Below are positions 36,051 to 49,335 of a DNA stretch of 64,000 nucleotides, in pieces (position 1 is the first letter of the stretch; each line of letters opens with the position of its first letter). The DNA comes from Neocallimastix sp. 'constans' (taxonomy: Eukaryota), in NCBI GenBank assembly GCA_050613775.1, contig JBODTK010000150.1, positions 124,001 through 188,000 of the forward strand, in the 5' to 3' direction. Under the pieces are notes generated by a model, which saw only the letters and a list, made by a program, of their open reading frames with translations, made no database searches and had not been told where the DNA came from. The position numbers were made by a program, and so were the translations under genes.

Positions 36051-39000
36051 ATGCATCAACGATTAAATAAATTAATTGATAATGAAAAAGATAAAATTAT
36101 TAAAACAAAACAAATCAATGAAATGGAAGTTATTGAAGTTCCTGAAAAGCTTAATGACGAAGGTCATGAGAATATTACATTACAGAAGCTCATAGATTTT
36201 CAAGAGCCTAAAGAAAAAGCAACAATTAGTAGAACGCTTAGGAACATCAAGATGTGTAAGGATCAGGAAGAATATGATGTTTTACAAGATTTGAATGAAA
36301 CCAAGTGTAATATTAGTTTCGGTCAGCTCCTCAATGTTTCTCCAAAAGTCAGAAGTCAAGTAAGTCAAGGATTAAAATTAGAAAAGCCTGAAAAGAAAAT
36401 AATAGGTGCATTAAACAATACTATTGCTGCTGCTACTTTGGTAAATAATATTGATCACTCTTATATTAGCAAAAGTAAGGAAACCTCAGAAGAAGATATT
36501 GCCATGGTTGATGTAACAGTAGATGAAATTCCTGGTAAAGCACTAATTGATTCTTGTAGCAATCTCAATGTTATCACAAAAAAATTTTATGAGAAATTAC
36601 CTGGAAATTATGAAGAAGTAGGTATTAGTCGTGGAAGGATACGTTTAGCGACTAAGAATGATGAGTATTCGGAAGGAATCATTGTACGAATACCTGTTAA
36701 GATTAATGATTATAAAATGATAGTAGATTTTCGTATAATTGATGATGATAACCCATTTTATGATTTGTTGATTAATTTTCAAACTCAAGTAGAACACAAT
36801 CTTTTTATCCATCCTATAAGATATAGTTTATGTCAATTTAATTCTCAAGGACTAATCGACGTTATAGCTCCTATTAATAATAATTCCCAAGAAGAAGAAA
36901 AATTAGTATGTATAGTAAGGAAAATACTTGAAGATGAAGACACAACTAATGAATTAAAGAAACTTGAAGGTCTATCTCCGCAAGAGTATATCCATGATGA
37001 AAAATTTTTAGCAAGTCTTTGTAAAGATTATAAAGATGTAATAGTAAAATTACTTGAAGAAAACTTGGACATTATAGCGACATCTTCTGAAGAATTAACA
37101 CCGTCAGACTTGGCCCGTCATAAAATTAACTTGAAAGCGAACGCAAAACCTGTTAAACAAAGATGTTACAGAGTAACCAAATTTAAATCGGATATTATTA
37201 AAGAAGAACTAATTAAACTTATTAAGAAAAAGCTAGTTGTACCATCTTATTCAGAATGGTCTTCACCTGTTGTTGTGGTCCCAAAGGCTAATGGAAAATG
37301 GAGATTGTGTGTGGACTACCGCAAGGTGAATGATCTAACCGAAAAAGACTCTTATGCCCTTCAATATATTGACGAGATATTTGACAGTCTAGATGGTGCC
37401 AAAATCTTTACTACTATGGATCTATACTCAGGTTACCATCAAATCCTAATGGACGAAGAAAGTGTTGAAATAACCAGTTTTACAACCAAATTTGGCAACT
37501 ACCAATTCAAAGTTATGCCTTTCGGATTAACTGGAGCTCCGGCTACCTTCCAACGGGAAATGAATAGAATTTTATTTCCTTTAATCGGAAAATGTGTTTT
37601 CAACTTTATTGATGATATACTTATATATTCAAAAACTGTCGAAGAACATATCCAACACATAAAGCAGGTATTAGCAATCTTCAAGGAACATAAATTAAAA
37701 ATTAATATTGAAAAATGTCACTTTATGCAAACGGAAGTTGAAGTTCTTGGTCACAAGATTTCTACTAAGGGTCTTAGTCCTCAAAATAGTAAAATTGAAG
37801 CAATTAAAGCCTGGAAAGAACCCACGAATATACATGAGTTAAGATCATTCTTAGGTGCTGTAGGATATTATAGGAACTTTATAAATGAATATGCTCAAAC
37901 CTCAGCTCCTCTTTGTAAGCTATTAAGAAAAGGCGTAAAATATAAATGGAATAATGAACAAAAACAAAGTTTTACCAAATTAAAAGAAAAATTAATTAAT
38001 GCTCCTATTTTAAAATATCCTGATTTTTCCAAAGAATTCATTATTCGAACAGATGCATCATATGAAGGTATTGGTGGAGTTTTATTGCAGAAAGACGAAT
38101 CGGAAATAGAACACCCGATTCATTTCATTAGCCGTAGCTTAACCAAAGCAGAAAAGAATTATGGAATAACCGATTTGGAAGGAACGGCTTTATATTATTG
38201 TATTACTAAATTAAAACCTTATATTATGGGAAGCCCCTTTAGAACCATAGTTTTTACAGATCACAAACCTCTACTAGGTTTATTTAATAATAAGGAACCG
38301 AATAATGCACGACAAACAAGATGGTGTTTGACTGCAAGTATGCTAAAAGTGGATATTCGCTATGAGCAAGGTAAAAAGAATGTAGTAGCCGACGCTTTAT
38401 CTAGAATGAAGAACGATAAAGAACAAAAGGTATTAGCTATAAAAACGAATAAAGATGATGAAAATGATTCACTTTCTAAAGTAATTAAAGAATTTATTGA
38501 AGAAAAATTTACAAAGATTGATGGTATAGATTATTTTATAGATGGAAATAATTATAGAAAACTTGTTACCGAAACAAATGAAAAACTAAAATTAATTCTC
38601 GAAGCACATCATGTTGGCCATGAAGGTTATTATAAAACATATCAAAGACTTAGAAAAAGTTACTACTGGAATGATATGGTCAACGATATAAAACGGATAA
38701 TTTCAAAATGCGAAAAATGTCAGTTAAATCGCCCTCAGCCATATCCAGAACCAACCGAAAACATTCCAACAGAAGTTGAAGGCCCTTTTACTCATCTTGG
38801 ACTTGATATTATTGGTCCCTTAATAAAGACTGGTAATAAAAACCAATATATCATTGTTGCGGTGGATTATTTCACAAAGTGGGTGGAGGCTGAACCTACT
38901 GAGAATATTATATCTAAGGACATCATTAAGTTTTTAATAAATGTTTTCGCTAGACATGGAGTTCCTCAAGTCATTACAACGGATAATGGCGTTCAATTCA

Positions 39001-39626
39001 CATCGGATATGACTAAAATATTCCTGGACTTATATGATGTTTACGTAAAATTTACCACTACCTATCACCCAGAAAGTAATGGATTGGTTGAAAATAGGAA
39101 TAAAGAAATTAGTAAATTATTGAGATTACTTGGTGAAGAAAATAAAGACTGGGATGAAGTATTACCTTCAGCCTTGTGGGCCCTTAGAACTACAAAGAAT
39201 TCTGTAACCAAACATTCTAGCTTCGAATTAGTTTATGGTCGTGAGGATCAACAGCCTTTCGACATTGCTGCTAGACCTACACAAGGAGTGAATAAATCTT
39301 CAGATGAAATTCTTTTAGAAAAATTTATCTCACATTATAGGTGGACCATGGAAGCAGCTGAAAATGTAAAGAACGCAAGTAAATATTGGGCCAATCGAAG
39401 GGAAGAAAAAAATAGCATGAAAAATTCCAAAAACATAAGAATCGGTGATTTAGTTCTTGTTCGAAATTTTAGTCGTTCTAAATTAGAACCTTATTTTGTC
39501 GGTCTTTTAAAAGTAATAAAAAAACAATATAATACCGTAACACTTGCGGACCCAAATACTATGATTCAAATGAATCGTAATGTTCATTTGAAAAATATAG
39601 TAAAGTATAACTCAGCTATAGATTAG
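36051..39626 (+). CDS. pol: Pol of element A (PR-RT-RH-IN); N-terminal part 35509-36066 is in another frame
   Basis: Complete Ty3/Gypsy motifs; one frame break near 36030-36066. Confidence 0.92.
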   Translation: MHQRLNKLIDNEKDKIIKTKQINEMEVIEVPEKLNDEGHENITLQKLIDFQEPKEKATISRTLRNIKMCKDQEEYDVLQDLNETKCNISFGQLLNVSPKVRSQVSQGLKLEKPEKKIIGALNNTIAAATLVNNIDHSYISKSKETSEEDIAMVDVTVDEIPGKALIDSCSNLNVITKKFYEKLPGNYEEVGISRGRIRLATKNDEYSEGIIVRIPVKINDYKMIVDFRIIDDDNPFYDLLINFQTQVEHNLFIHPIRYSLCQFNSQGLIDVIAPINNNSQEEEKLVCIVRKILEDEDTTNELKKLEGLSPQEYIHDEKFLASLCKDYKDVIVKLLEENLDIIATSSEELTPSDLARHKINLKANAKPVKQRCYRVTKFKSDIIKEELIKLIKKKLVVPSYSEWSSPVVVVPKANGKWRLCVDYRKVNDLTEKDSYALQYIDEIFDSLDGAKIFTTMDLYSGYHQILMDEESVEITSFTTKFGNYQFKVMPFGLTGAPATFQREMNRILFPLIGKCVFNFIDDILIYSKTVEEHIQHIKQVLAIFKEHKLKINIEKCHFMQTEVEVLGHKISTKGLSPQNSKIEAIKAWKEPTNIHELRSFLGAVGYYRNFINEYAQTSAPLCKLLRKGVKYKWNNEQKQSFTKLKEKLINAPILKYPDFSKEFIIRTDASYEGIGGVLLQKDESEIEHPIHFISRSLTKAEKNYGITDLEGTALYYCITKLKPYIMGSPFRTIVFTDHKPLLGLFNNKEPNNARQTRWCLTASMLKVDIRYEQGKKNVVADALSRMKNDKEQKVLAIKTNKDDENDSLSKVIKEFIEEKFTKIDGIDYFIDGNNYRKLVTETNEKLKLILEAHHVGHEGYYKTYQRLRKSYYWNDMVNDIKRIISKCEKCQLNRPQPYPEPTENIPTEVEGPFTHLGLDIIGPLIKTGNKNQYIIVAVDYFTKWVEAEPTENIISKDIIKFLINVFARHGVPQVITTDNGVQFTSDMTKIFLDLYDVYVKFTTTYHPESNGLVENRNKEISKLLRLLGEENKDWDEVLPSALWALRTTKNSVTKHSSFELVYGREDQQPFDIAARPTQGVNKSSDEILLEKFISHYRWTMEAAENVKNASKYWANRREEKNSMKNSKNIRIGDLVLVRNFSRSKLEPYFVGLLKVIKKQYNTVTLADPNTMIQMNRNVHLKNIVKYNSAID

Positions 39627-40488
39627 CTTGAGTCTTAGTGGGGGCATCTTGGTAAAGAACGAACATATAATGGATTATTAATTAGAATTTCAACTTACTT
39701 TAGAATCCATTATATTATTCTTTACTTAATATTACTTTACTATATTTTCTATACTAAAATATTTTCTAAATATATTTTTTTTTATATTTTTATTAAAAGT
39801 TTCTAAAATATTATCAATAATTTTATATTTTTATTATTAATATCAATATCTATAATTTAACCTTAAATTTTATTATTTTATTAAAGTGTTTATTATCAAT
39901 ATTAATATTTTATTTTTATTTTCAAATATATTATTATATTATTATTATATTGTATCAATATTAAACTTGTATTCTTTTTAGTATTTTATTTTATTTTTGA
40001 ATTGATTATTTTATATTTTTATTCCCCACAAATAAAATCAAATCTTAATTGATTAATAATAAATATTAAATATATTATAGTTTTAAAATTTATTTTATAT
40101 AAAATATAAGAATATTATATTAACATTCTTGATTAAAATAACTTTATTTTTCTGTAAAATCTTTTTAAATTTTGTTTGTTACTTTTCGTATATATTAAAT
40201 AATTTAGTTTTAGTATATGAAAAATAATATAAAATTATGTAAACAAAATTTATTAAAATAAAAATACTTATGAATTAGTTAATTTAAATTAATATAAAAT
40301 TTTAAGTAATTAGTAATAGTAAATATTTTTTTTTAAATATGATAATAAAATGTAGAAAGGCTTTACATATTTATTTTTTTTCAAAAAGTATAAATAAGTG
40401 AAGTTTTTCAATAATTAAAATGTAGACAGAAAAATATTGAAAATAAATAATTAAATAAAAAATTTAATAAAACCCGAACCATAACATG

Positions 40489-42005
40489 TGTAAGAATCTA
40501 TAATTATTTGTTAGCAAATAATTATATTTTCTTAGTTTGTTAAGATAATAACTGAATTTCAATTCAATTTCAATTTCAATAATTCAGTTATTTAAATTTC
40601 AATATTAATGAATAATAATATATAATAATTATTATTAAATTAACTTTATTAAAATATTTAGGAATTAGTCTAGGCCAACTAATTGACTAAATATTATTTA
40701 CATATTGAAATTAACATATATTAAATAATGTAAACACGTGATTGTCATATTAAATTAATTTCTACATATTATATTTTAATTATAAAATATAATATTTAGC
40801 TATATTAGATTCTTTTATTTATATTAAATATTTATATAATTATCTTATTTTATATTATCAATATCAAACTTATATTAATACTATTACATATTCATATTAA
40901 TAATTAATATTTTAATAATTAATTATTTTATATAAATACATGTTTAAATCTTTTGATTAATCCTTTGTAGGATTATTGTAATTTAAATTATAGTAATAAT
41001 TATATAAAATAATAATGTAATAAAATATTATTAAGATTAAATAAAAATTATATTTTAATTAAAAATTTATTTATAAAATTTACTAATAACAATATGTTTT
41101 AAATAAGAGTAAAATTAAATTATTAATTAATTACTATAATTTGGCATCTTGACCTAATCGTTAAGACCAAATTATCTAAAAACTTTAACATAGTTAAGTT
41201 ATTATAACTATAACTTTATTTAATTACATATAATATTTATTAAATTTATTTAATTTAATTTTAAATATTCATTAATTTAACAAAATTTATTTAATTAATT
41301 TTAAATAATATATTTACAATATGTTAAATTCTCTACTGTAACTAATGTATTTTGTATTGTATTTTATTCTGTATTTTATAATGTATTCTGTATTTTATTA
41401 ACTATTTAATTTTATATTTTTAATATAAGGATAAATTATATGATCGAAATATCTTTTATTATTTTATTCTTTTATTTTCGATCATTAAATTGGAAAATCG
41501 GTTAATTAAGATTTTTTCCAATTACTTTTTAGAAGTAATCGGTTTTACTTAATTAATGCGATGATCGATATGGATAGAATATCGATCGAAAACTTATCTA
41601 GGTTTTTCTATTTAATCTTTTCCTAGATAAGAGATTTGTTAAGATTAGAAAACCCTTTCTTATTTAACCTTATTTTCATAAAAAAAATATAAATAAGGCT
41701 CTTGAGTTCTCTTTGAGAAATCAAGAGTTATTATTATAAAAAACATAGTTATAATAGTAACAATTTTATATTTTTAACTTTAATAAATTAATAAAAATAT
41801 TTTATTCAAAAACATATTTTTAAAATCAATTTATACAAACAATTCTTCTCTTACTTTTGTGTTATTATTATAATTAATTTTATAATAAACTCTACTCTAA
41901 AGGTAAAAAAATTTTATTTTATTTTATTTTCTCAACTTAATGAATTAGTCGTTAAGTTGTAGTTAATAATTCTATTTTGAGTTAGTTCTTAATAGAATTA
42001 TTACA
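40489..42005. mobile_element. Solo LTR (unit 10), TGTAA..TTACA family, hosting a nested LTR
   Basis: Strong similarity to 49346-50303; right TSD ttttg. Confidence 0.85.
40538..41190. mobile_element. Nested solo LTR, 5-bp-TSD class
   Basis: TGTTAAGA...TTTAACA; TSD tagtt; near-copy of 43497-44156. Confidence 0.88.
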
Positions 42006-42060
42006 TTTTGATAGATAACAAAATTATTAAATTAAAATAAATAATAAAGAACAAATTCTT

Positions 42061-42749
42061 TGTTGAAATTATAACTGAATTGAAATCTCAATTTCAGTTA
42101 TTCACATTTCAATATACATTTAATTAATAATTAATATAAATTCTTATTTAATATTTAAAGAATTATCTTAGGCCTAATAATTCTGAGAATATTAGTAAAT
42201 AAGATTTATATTAATAATTTCAATTATCTACATATGACGTCACATGTATTTATTTATATTATGTTTATATATATGTTTATATCATATATATTAATTACTA
42301 TTTTTAATTATTCAAATTAATTATACAAATTAAATTTATTTAATTATATTAAATATTTTAAATATATCGATATTGTTATTATTTTAATATTTTATTAATA
42401 TTCATTTTACTATATTATTATTATCTTATAATTAAATACTATTATTATGTAACTTACAAAGTATAAAAGAAAGATGTAAAAATCTATCTTTTATGTTCTT
42501 TGTAAGGTTATTGTATTTACAATAATTATATACTAATAAATCAATAAATAAATATTTTCATAAATCCTTCAAAGAAATTATTATTTAAAATATTCTTAGA
42601 TATTAAGTGTTTAAATAACTTAACTATTTATCTTATATTATTTTTATATTATTATTAATTAATTATTGTTGGATTATTAATATATAATTCAACATATTAA
42701 CCTAGTAACGCTATTAATCATAAAACTATTTCATATCTTAATTTTAACA
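42061..42749. mobile_element. Nested solo LTR, 5-bp-TSD class
   Basis: TGTTGAAA...TTTTAACA; TSD ttctt. Confidence 0.88.
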
Positions 42750-42756
42750 TTCTTGT

Positions 42757-43491
42757 TGTTGAAATTACAACTGAATTAAATTTCAATTTCAATTAATTTC
42801 AATTAAAATTATTAAAAACAAAATAATTAATAAAAATTTATAATTCATTAATTATTCTTTAAATTTTATTTATTTTATAATATTATAAGTTATTTGATCA
42901 TCTTAGGACCAGCTTAGGCCTACTGATTCTAATGATATCATATTAAACTTAAATATTATTAATAAATAAAATATTTATTAACATGAATCATTTGGTCATG
43001 TCATCCTTGATTCATAAATTAATGTTTATGTATTAATTTATGTTATATTGATTTAATTAATTATTAATTATTAATTACTATATTAAATATTTAAATTTAA
43101 TATTATATTATATATATTAGCTAATATATTAGATTAAAAAATATAATTTATTTATATTAAACATATTCTTATACTAAATATTATTATTATCAACTTTATA
43201 TTATTATTATCAATATTCTCAAACCTACAAAGTATAAAAAGAAAATTCAAATTTATCTTTTTGTTCTTTGTAAGGTTATAGTTAACCTATTATAATATAA
43301 CTATATATTTTTATTAATAAATAAAAATTTTTATCATATCAAACCAATTATTAGTTTTAATTAAGTGTTAAATTAACAAATTTAACTTTATAACTCTTTT
43401 ATTTTAGTAATTTACTTATATCTATATAGTTATATTATATAGATATATCAACCTGATTCCTCGTTAAATTCAATCTGTTTATTTTTTAACA
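42757..43491. mobile_element. Nested solo LTR, 5-bp-TSD class (diverged relative of 42061)
   Basis: TGTTGAAA...TTTTAACA; TSD cttgt. Confidence 0.85.
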
Positions 43492-43496
43492 CTTGT

Positions 43497-44156
43497 TGTT
43501 AAGATAATAACTGAATTTCAATTCAATTTCAATTTCGATAATTCAGTTATTTGAATTTCAATATTAATAAATAATAATAATATAATAATTATTATTAAAT
43601 TAACTTTATTAAAATATTTAGGAATTAGTCTAGGCCAACTAATTACTAAATATTATTAATATATTGAATTTAATATATATTAAATAATGTAAACACGTGA
43701 TTGTCATATTAAATTAATTTCTACATATTATATTTTAATCATAAAATATAATATTTAGCAATATTTGATTCTTATATTTTATTTATATTAAATATTTATA
43801 TTATTATCTAACTTTATATTATCAATATCAAACTTATATTAATATTATTTACATATTCATATTAATGATTAATATTTTAATAATTAATTATTTTATATAA
43901 ATACATGTTTAAATTCTTTTGATTAATCCTTTGTAGGATTATTGTAATTTAAATTATAGTAATAATTATATAAAATAATAATGTAATAAAATATTATTAA
44001 AATTAAATAAAATTTATATTTTAAAGAAAAACTTAATTATAAAATTTACTAATAACAATATGTATTAAATAAGAATAAAATTAAATTATTAATTAATTAC
44101 TATAATTTGGCATCTTGACCTAATCGTTAAGACCAAATTATCTAAAAACTTTGACA
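43497..44156. mobile_element. Nested solo LTR, 5-bp-TSD class
   Basis: Near-copy of 40538-41190; TSD cttgt. Confidence 0.88.
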
Positions 44157-45149
44157 CTTGTCTAACTTAACCCAAAAATTAATTCATTCTAAAAAAAAAA
44201 AATTAAATCCATATTAAAGAAAATTTAATTAAATAAAAATAATTAAAATAAAATAATAATAATTAATTAATCATTAATAATTTTAATTAAAAACTAAAAT
44301 AAATTAATAAATAATATTTTTCTAAGACTACAAATAAACAAAATAATAAACAAATTTAATAAATTATAAATAACAAATAAACAAACTTATAAACATCTCA
44401 AAATTAAAATTAAATAGTTAAATAATTTTTAAGTTACTTTTATTTAAAATAATGATTATTTTATTCATTTTATAACTCAACTTTTATAAACAAATTGTAA
44501 TTAAATAACATTTTAAAACTCATCTTTATTAATATTTTAATTGTAAATATTGTTTAATTTAATAATAAATTATTCTTTATTTCTCTTTTATTAATTTTAT
44601 TATTTTTAATGTAAATAGTTTAAAATCAAAGAAAAATATAAAAACATGTAAATATTTCTTATAAATTATTCTTTATTATTAATTATTTAATAAATTATTA
44701 TAGATATTTTATTAGTTTTAATAATCAAAAAAATATGATTATTAATTATTTAATAAATTATTATAGATATTTTATTAGTTTTTAATAATCAATTTTTATG
44801 ATTATTAATTATTTTGATAAATTATTATATATTTTATTAGTTATTAATAATCAATTTTATTATTAAAATTTAAAATAAATTAGTATAAATAATAAATATT
44901 TCATTTTATTATTTTATTAGTTTTAATAATTATTTTATTAATTTAAACAAAATTAATTATTAAATAAATAAAGATTAATAGTAAAATAAAAATAAATTTT
45001 TTTAATAAAACATTTTTGTGTTTAATAATAAAACATATTTATTTTTTTTTTAAATTTCTTAAATCAATTTTATTCAGTATTTATCCTTTTATTCACTTCT
45101 ACAAAATTTAATTTTTGTAGATTAAGAATATTAGGTATAAATCATTTTT

Positions 45150-45617
45150 TGATACGTGACCACTATAAAAATGGTATTTAGGTAGATTCTTTAGGTTAAA
45201 GAAATACTTAAATATTATTGGTCAATAATAATTTTATAATAATATATATAATTTTAGAATAATAATTATTAAACGGAGAATTCTTTTATTTATAAGTTTA
45301 TACTAATGATGATAAATTAATTCACATAAATAGCTATTTTTATATTTTATTTTAGTATAGTTAAAAGAGATATTATATATATTTGAGATAATTAATTATA
45401 ATATTTATATAAAAGAGTAATAATAATAATTGATGTAATAATTAATAATTAATAATAAATAAAGAGAACATTAAAAAGATATAATTATTACTTTATTTTG
45501 TATTATTGTATGTGTTATTTCTAATTAATATTAGAATATATTATTTTGTCATAATTCCTTATTGTCATTGCCCATAAATAAATATTAATTTAGATACATA
45601 AATAAAATATCGTATCA
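45150..45617. mobile_element. Solo LTR (unit 12)
   Basis: TGATACG...CGTATCA; related to 28909-29400; TSD tttt. Confidence 0.85.
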
Positions 45618-45621
45618 TTTT

Positions 45622-45992
45622 TGGTACAAGACCAATTGAAAAATGAAAATTAAATATGACTAAATTTACAAAAAAAATAGAAAATCAAATTAATCCATAA
45701 AAGGATAAATTAAATTGAAATTTATATATAAAGTGTAAAATTAGAAATTATTAAGACTCTCTCTTTTCCACATATAACTTTATTAAATGTAAAAAATTAG
45801 ATTGAATGACAATTGATCTAAATTGAGATTTCAATTGATCAAAAATAAAAATTTAATAAAAATTAAATAAACAATTTATAAAGTAGAATTTAAGTATTTA
45901 GTTATAATTTACAACTTTAGTGTGAATTACTTATTATTGTGAATATTAATATAAAAAGATTTAAATTTTAAAAATTCATTTACATTGCACCA
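45622..45992. mobile_element. Solo LTR (unit 13)
   Basis: TGGTACAA...TTGCACCA inverted termini; TSD tttt. Confidence 0.78.
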
Positions 45993-45996
45993 TTTT

Positions 45997-46731
45997 TGAT
46001 ACTGATTGGAATTCTTAAGCATAAAATTATTAGAAAGCTTGAATAACATCTAACCTATTCAACAACAAATTAATAAATTAAAATTTGAAATTAAAATCAT
46101 AATAAAAAAATTTATTTTAATTAAATTCTAAAACCCGAAATTATACTTTAATTCTATTTTAATATTTAAAATAATGAAATACTAATGTTAATTAATTTCT
46201 CTTTTTAATTAAAAGTAAATAGTTTGTAAACAATTTTCTCTTTTTTTTATTATTTTGAATTCTTTGTTTATAATAATTCTTGTATTAATTGTTTATTTGT
46301 TTATTTTATTGTTTATTTTTATAAATATAATTATTCTTAATTGTTTTATTATTAAAAATTGTAAATACTTTAAATTATTGCAAAAATATAAATACTTGTA
46401 AATATTTTATAAAATTAATTTCTCGTTGTTATTAGAAATGTAATAAAAAAAATAATAACCAAATATTATTAATAAATAATAATAAAAATTAATAAATAAT
46501 AATAAAAAATTAATAAATATAATAGTAAAAATTAATACTAAACACAAAAGAAATGTATAATTTTGAAAAATTAATAACAATTCAGTGTTAAGCTAGAATA
46601 ATAATAACTTAATTATTAATAATAATAAAACAAATTCATTTATATTAAATTTTATATTAAATCAAACTTGATACATCTATTATCACTTTTGAAGTAATAA
46701 CTTCAAATTAAGATAATAGAATCGTTTGTCA
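45997..46731. mobile_element. Solo LTR (unit 14), mismatched flanks
   Basis: TGATAC...TTTGTCA; left tttt, right tgtg. Confidence 0.72.
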
Positions 46732-46735
46732 TGTG

Positions 46736-47749
46736 TGGTAAAGAATGAATTAATAACCTTTATTTTATTATTAATAATTCTTTACTTAATTGTACTTTCC
46801 TATATTCTTGATAACCTAAACTTAATAATAAAATTTAATTTATTTTGATATAAATTAATTTTAACTTGTAAATAATGTAAATCAATTTTAATTAATTACT
46901 TTATTGTTATATTATTAAATATATGTATATATTAAAATACAATTGTAAATATTAAAATTATACTTTTAAGATACTAAATTATTAAAACTATTAATTAAAT
47001 ATTATTATAAAAATTATTATAAAATTATTAAAATTATTAATTAAATATTATTATACAAATTATTATAAACTATTAATATTATAAAATTATTAAAATTATT
47101 AAATATTATTATAAAAATTTATTTATTATAACTATTAAATATTATTATAAAATTATTAAGATTATTAATTAAATTTATTATTAAAAATTATTATTAAAAA
47201 TTATTACTTATTATAAAAATTATTATTTAAATATTATCAAATTTATTAATTAAATATTATAAAAATTTTATTTTATTTTTGAAAATAATTACAAGTATTA
47301 TTTAAAATAATTAAAGATTATTAAATTTATTATATTAATCTTTAAAAACAATTTATTTAACTTAAAAATATCAAAGAAAATAGTAAAAACTATTTTCTAT
47401 ATATTTATTTTATAATTATTTTTAATTAAATTATATTTGAATATTATATTATTATATTTATAAAAATTAAAACAAAAATGAATTATTGATATAAAATTAA
47501 TTCAATAATTCTATAAAATTACTTAAATTATAAACAACTAATTATACTTTAAATTCATAAAAAAATATAAATATTGTAAATATTTCTTAAAAATTAAATA
47601 TGTGTACTTCAAAAATAAAATTTTATATTAATAAATAATAAATACTTTTAATAAAAAGAATTTTTTTTTTTTGTTAAAATCAAAGCAGGGTAATACCCGT
47701 CCCCCCCTGCTTGATTTTAAATCAATAAGAATCAACCCCGAGTCTACCA
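46736..47749 (+). mobile_element. Solo LTR, family alpha (unit 15)
   Basis: Family alpha sequence; TSD tgtg. Confidence 0.92.
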
Positions 47750-47751
47750 TG

Positions 47752-48778
47752 TGATAAAAAATGCCCAAATACTGTTCTTTTGGTTATTCATCTTAAATGA
47801 TTTATTTAACCCTTAAACAAATTATTTGATTCTTTATTCTTTTGGAACTTTCTATATTCTAATAAATTAATCTATATTCCTAATTAGTACAAATTAAATT
47901 ATACTAATTAAAAAAGTATATTTAATATTAATTCCTTATCTATGCTACCTTTATTATTCTTATCTATATTTTATTATTATTAAAATCCTTATCAATATTA
48001 TATAGTTTATTTTATCAATTTTCTTTATAGTTTATCAAAATCTTATCAATATTTCTTTTATTAATATTAAACTTATCAATATTAAATATTTCTTTGGAAA
48101 ATTCCAAATTAAAAATTGTATTAATGATTACTAATGAAAAATTAAACATAAAAGAAAATAGTTATATTATTATTATATGTTTTATTATAAATATTATATT
48201 ATAAATTTGATGAAATGATTATAAATTTTATATTAACAATTTAAATAATATTATTTTTCTAAACTAAGTAAAATTAAACTTTAGGATTAAATAAATATTA
48301 CTAAACCACAGAATTAACTTCTGTAAAATAAAAAAATTTGTCTTTTAAAATATATAATTAAGTAGATTAGTAATAAATAATTAGTAATAGATTAATATAT
48401 AAGTATTATTTATTATAAGTTAAATAATAATTATATTAATAATAAAAAAAATAATATAAAATATTTAATAATTAATTTTTATTATACAAAGAAATGGCTT
48501 TACCATTTCTATTATTTTAAGAAAAAAAAATATAAATAACAGTAAAAAAAAAAAAAAAATTATTTTTTTTATATGTTGAAATTTTAACATTGTAATTTTT
48601 AAATAAAAAAAAAAATTAATAAAAGGATTATAAAAAAATAAAATTTTAAAAAGTTATCTTGTTTATTTATTTATTTATTTTTTTTTGTTTATATTAATCT
48701 TATATTTTTATTTTTATTATTGTTTTAATTTTATTTATAATTTTTGAATAATTTTTATAAAAACCCCGAACCAAACCA
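47752..48778 (+). mobile_element. Solo LTR of the element-B family (unit 16)
   Basis: Reverse-complement similarity to 52007-52985 and 59290-60267. Confidence 0.88.
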
Positions 48779-48780
48779 AA

Positions 48781-49335
48781 TGTAAAAGGTACGTTTATTA
48801 TTAACTAAAATAACGAATAATAATTAAATCTAAAGGCTAAGATAACTTAACACCTCTCTATCCGAGTTGTTAATAATAAACACTAAATTAATTAATTTAT
48901 AACTATTATTTCCTATTACACTAGAATATAGCGCAGCACTTTATAACACTATTTGTTATCAGTTGCTGGGCTTACACTGAGTAATATATTTTATTTAATA
49001 ATTATATTTTATTTATTAATATTAATATTTTTATCAACAATTTACGTTAATAGTAACGCTAGTGCGTTACAGTTACAAGTTCAATTGTTATTTATACATG
49101 TCAATAATATTATGATTGGTAAATAATTTAATTTAACTTAGTTTACTAATCACTAAATAAAATGTATTTATCTAAATATTTAACTATATAATTAATTATA
49201 AAATAATAAAATTTAATGTACGAAATTAACAAAAGATTTTATTTGATTAGCCAAAATTGCTAGCTGTTTAGAGATACGTTATGTAACCAAAGAACTATCA
49301 TTGGATAGGCTTGGAGTTACCATGTATCTATTACA
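48781..49335. mobile_element. Solo LTR-like unit (unit 17)
   Basis: Imperfect inverted termini TGTAAAAGGTAC...GTATCTATTACA; flanks compatible with TSD tgaa. Confidence 0.65.

Larger units (their letters stand above)
31096..40486 (+). mobile_element. Full-length Ty3/Gypsy LTR retrotransposon A (unit 9)
   Basis: LTRs 31096-32396 (837 bp plus SINE) and 39650-40486, PBS 32404-32421, ~2.2 kb leader, gag, pol, PPT, TSD tgtg. Confidence 0.96.
42009..45144. mobile_element. Solo LTR (unit 11) hosting three nested LTRs
   Basis: TGATAG...AAATCA between T-run spacers; host sequence rejoins as aagaacaaattcttgtctaac. Confidence 0.72.

Noticed and set aside
39400..39626. Chromodomain or env gene after integrase
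   Set aside because: Pol ends shortly after the GPY/F-like motif and is followed immediately by the PPT and LTR.
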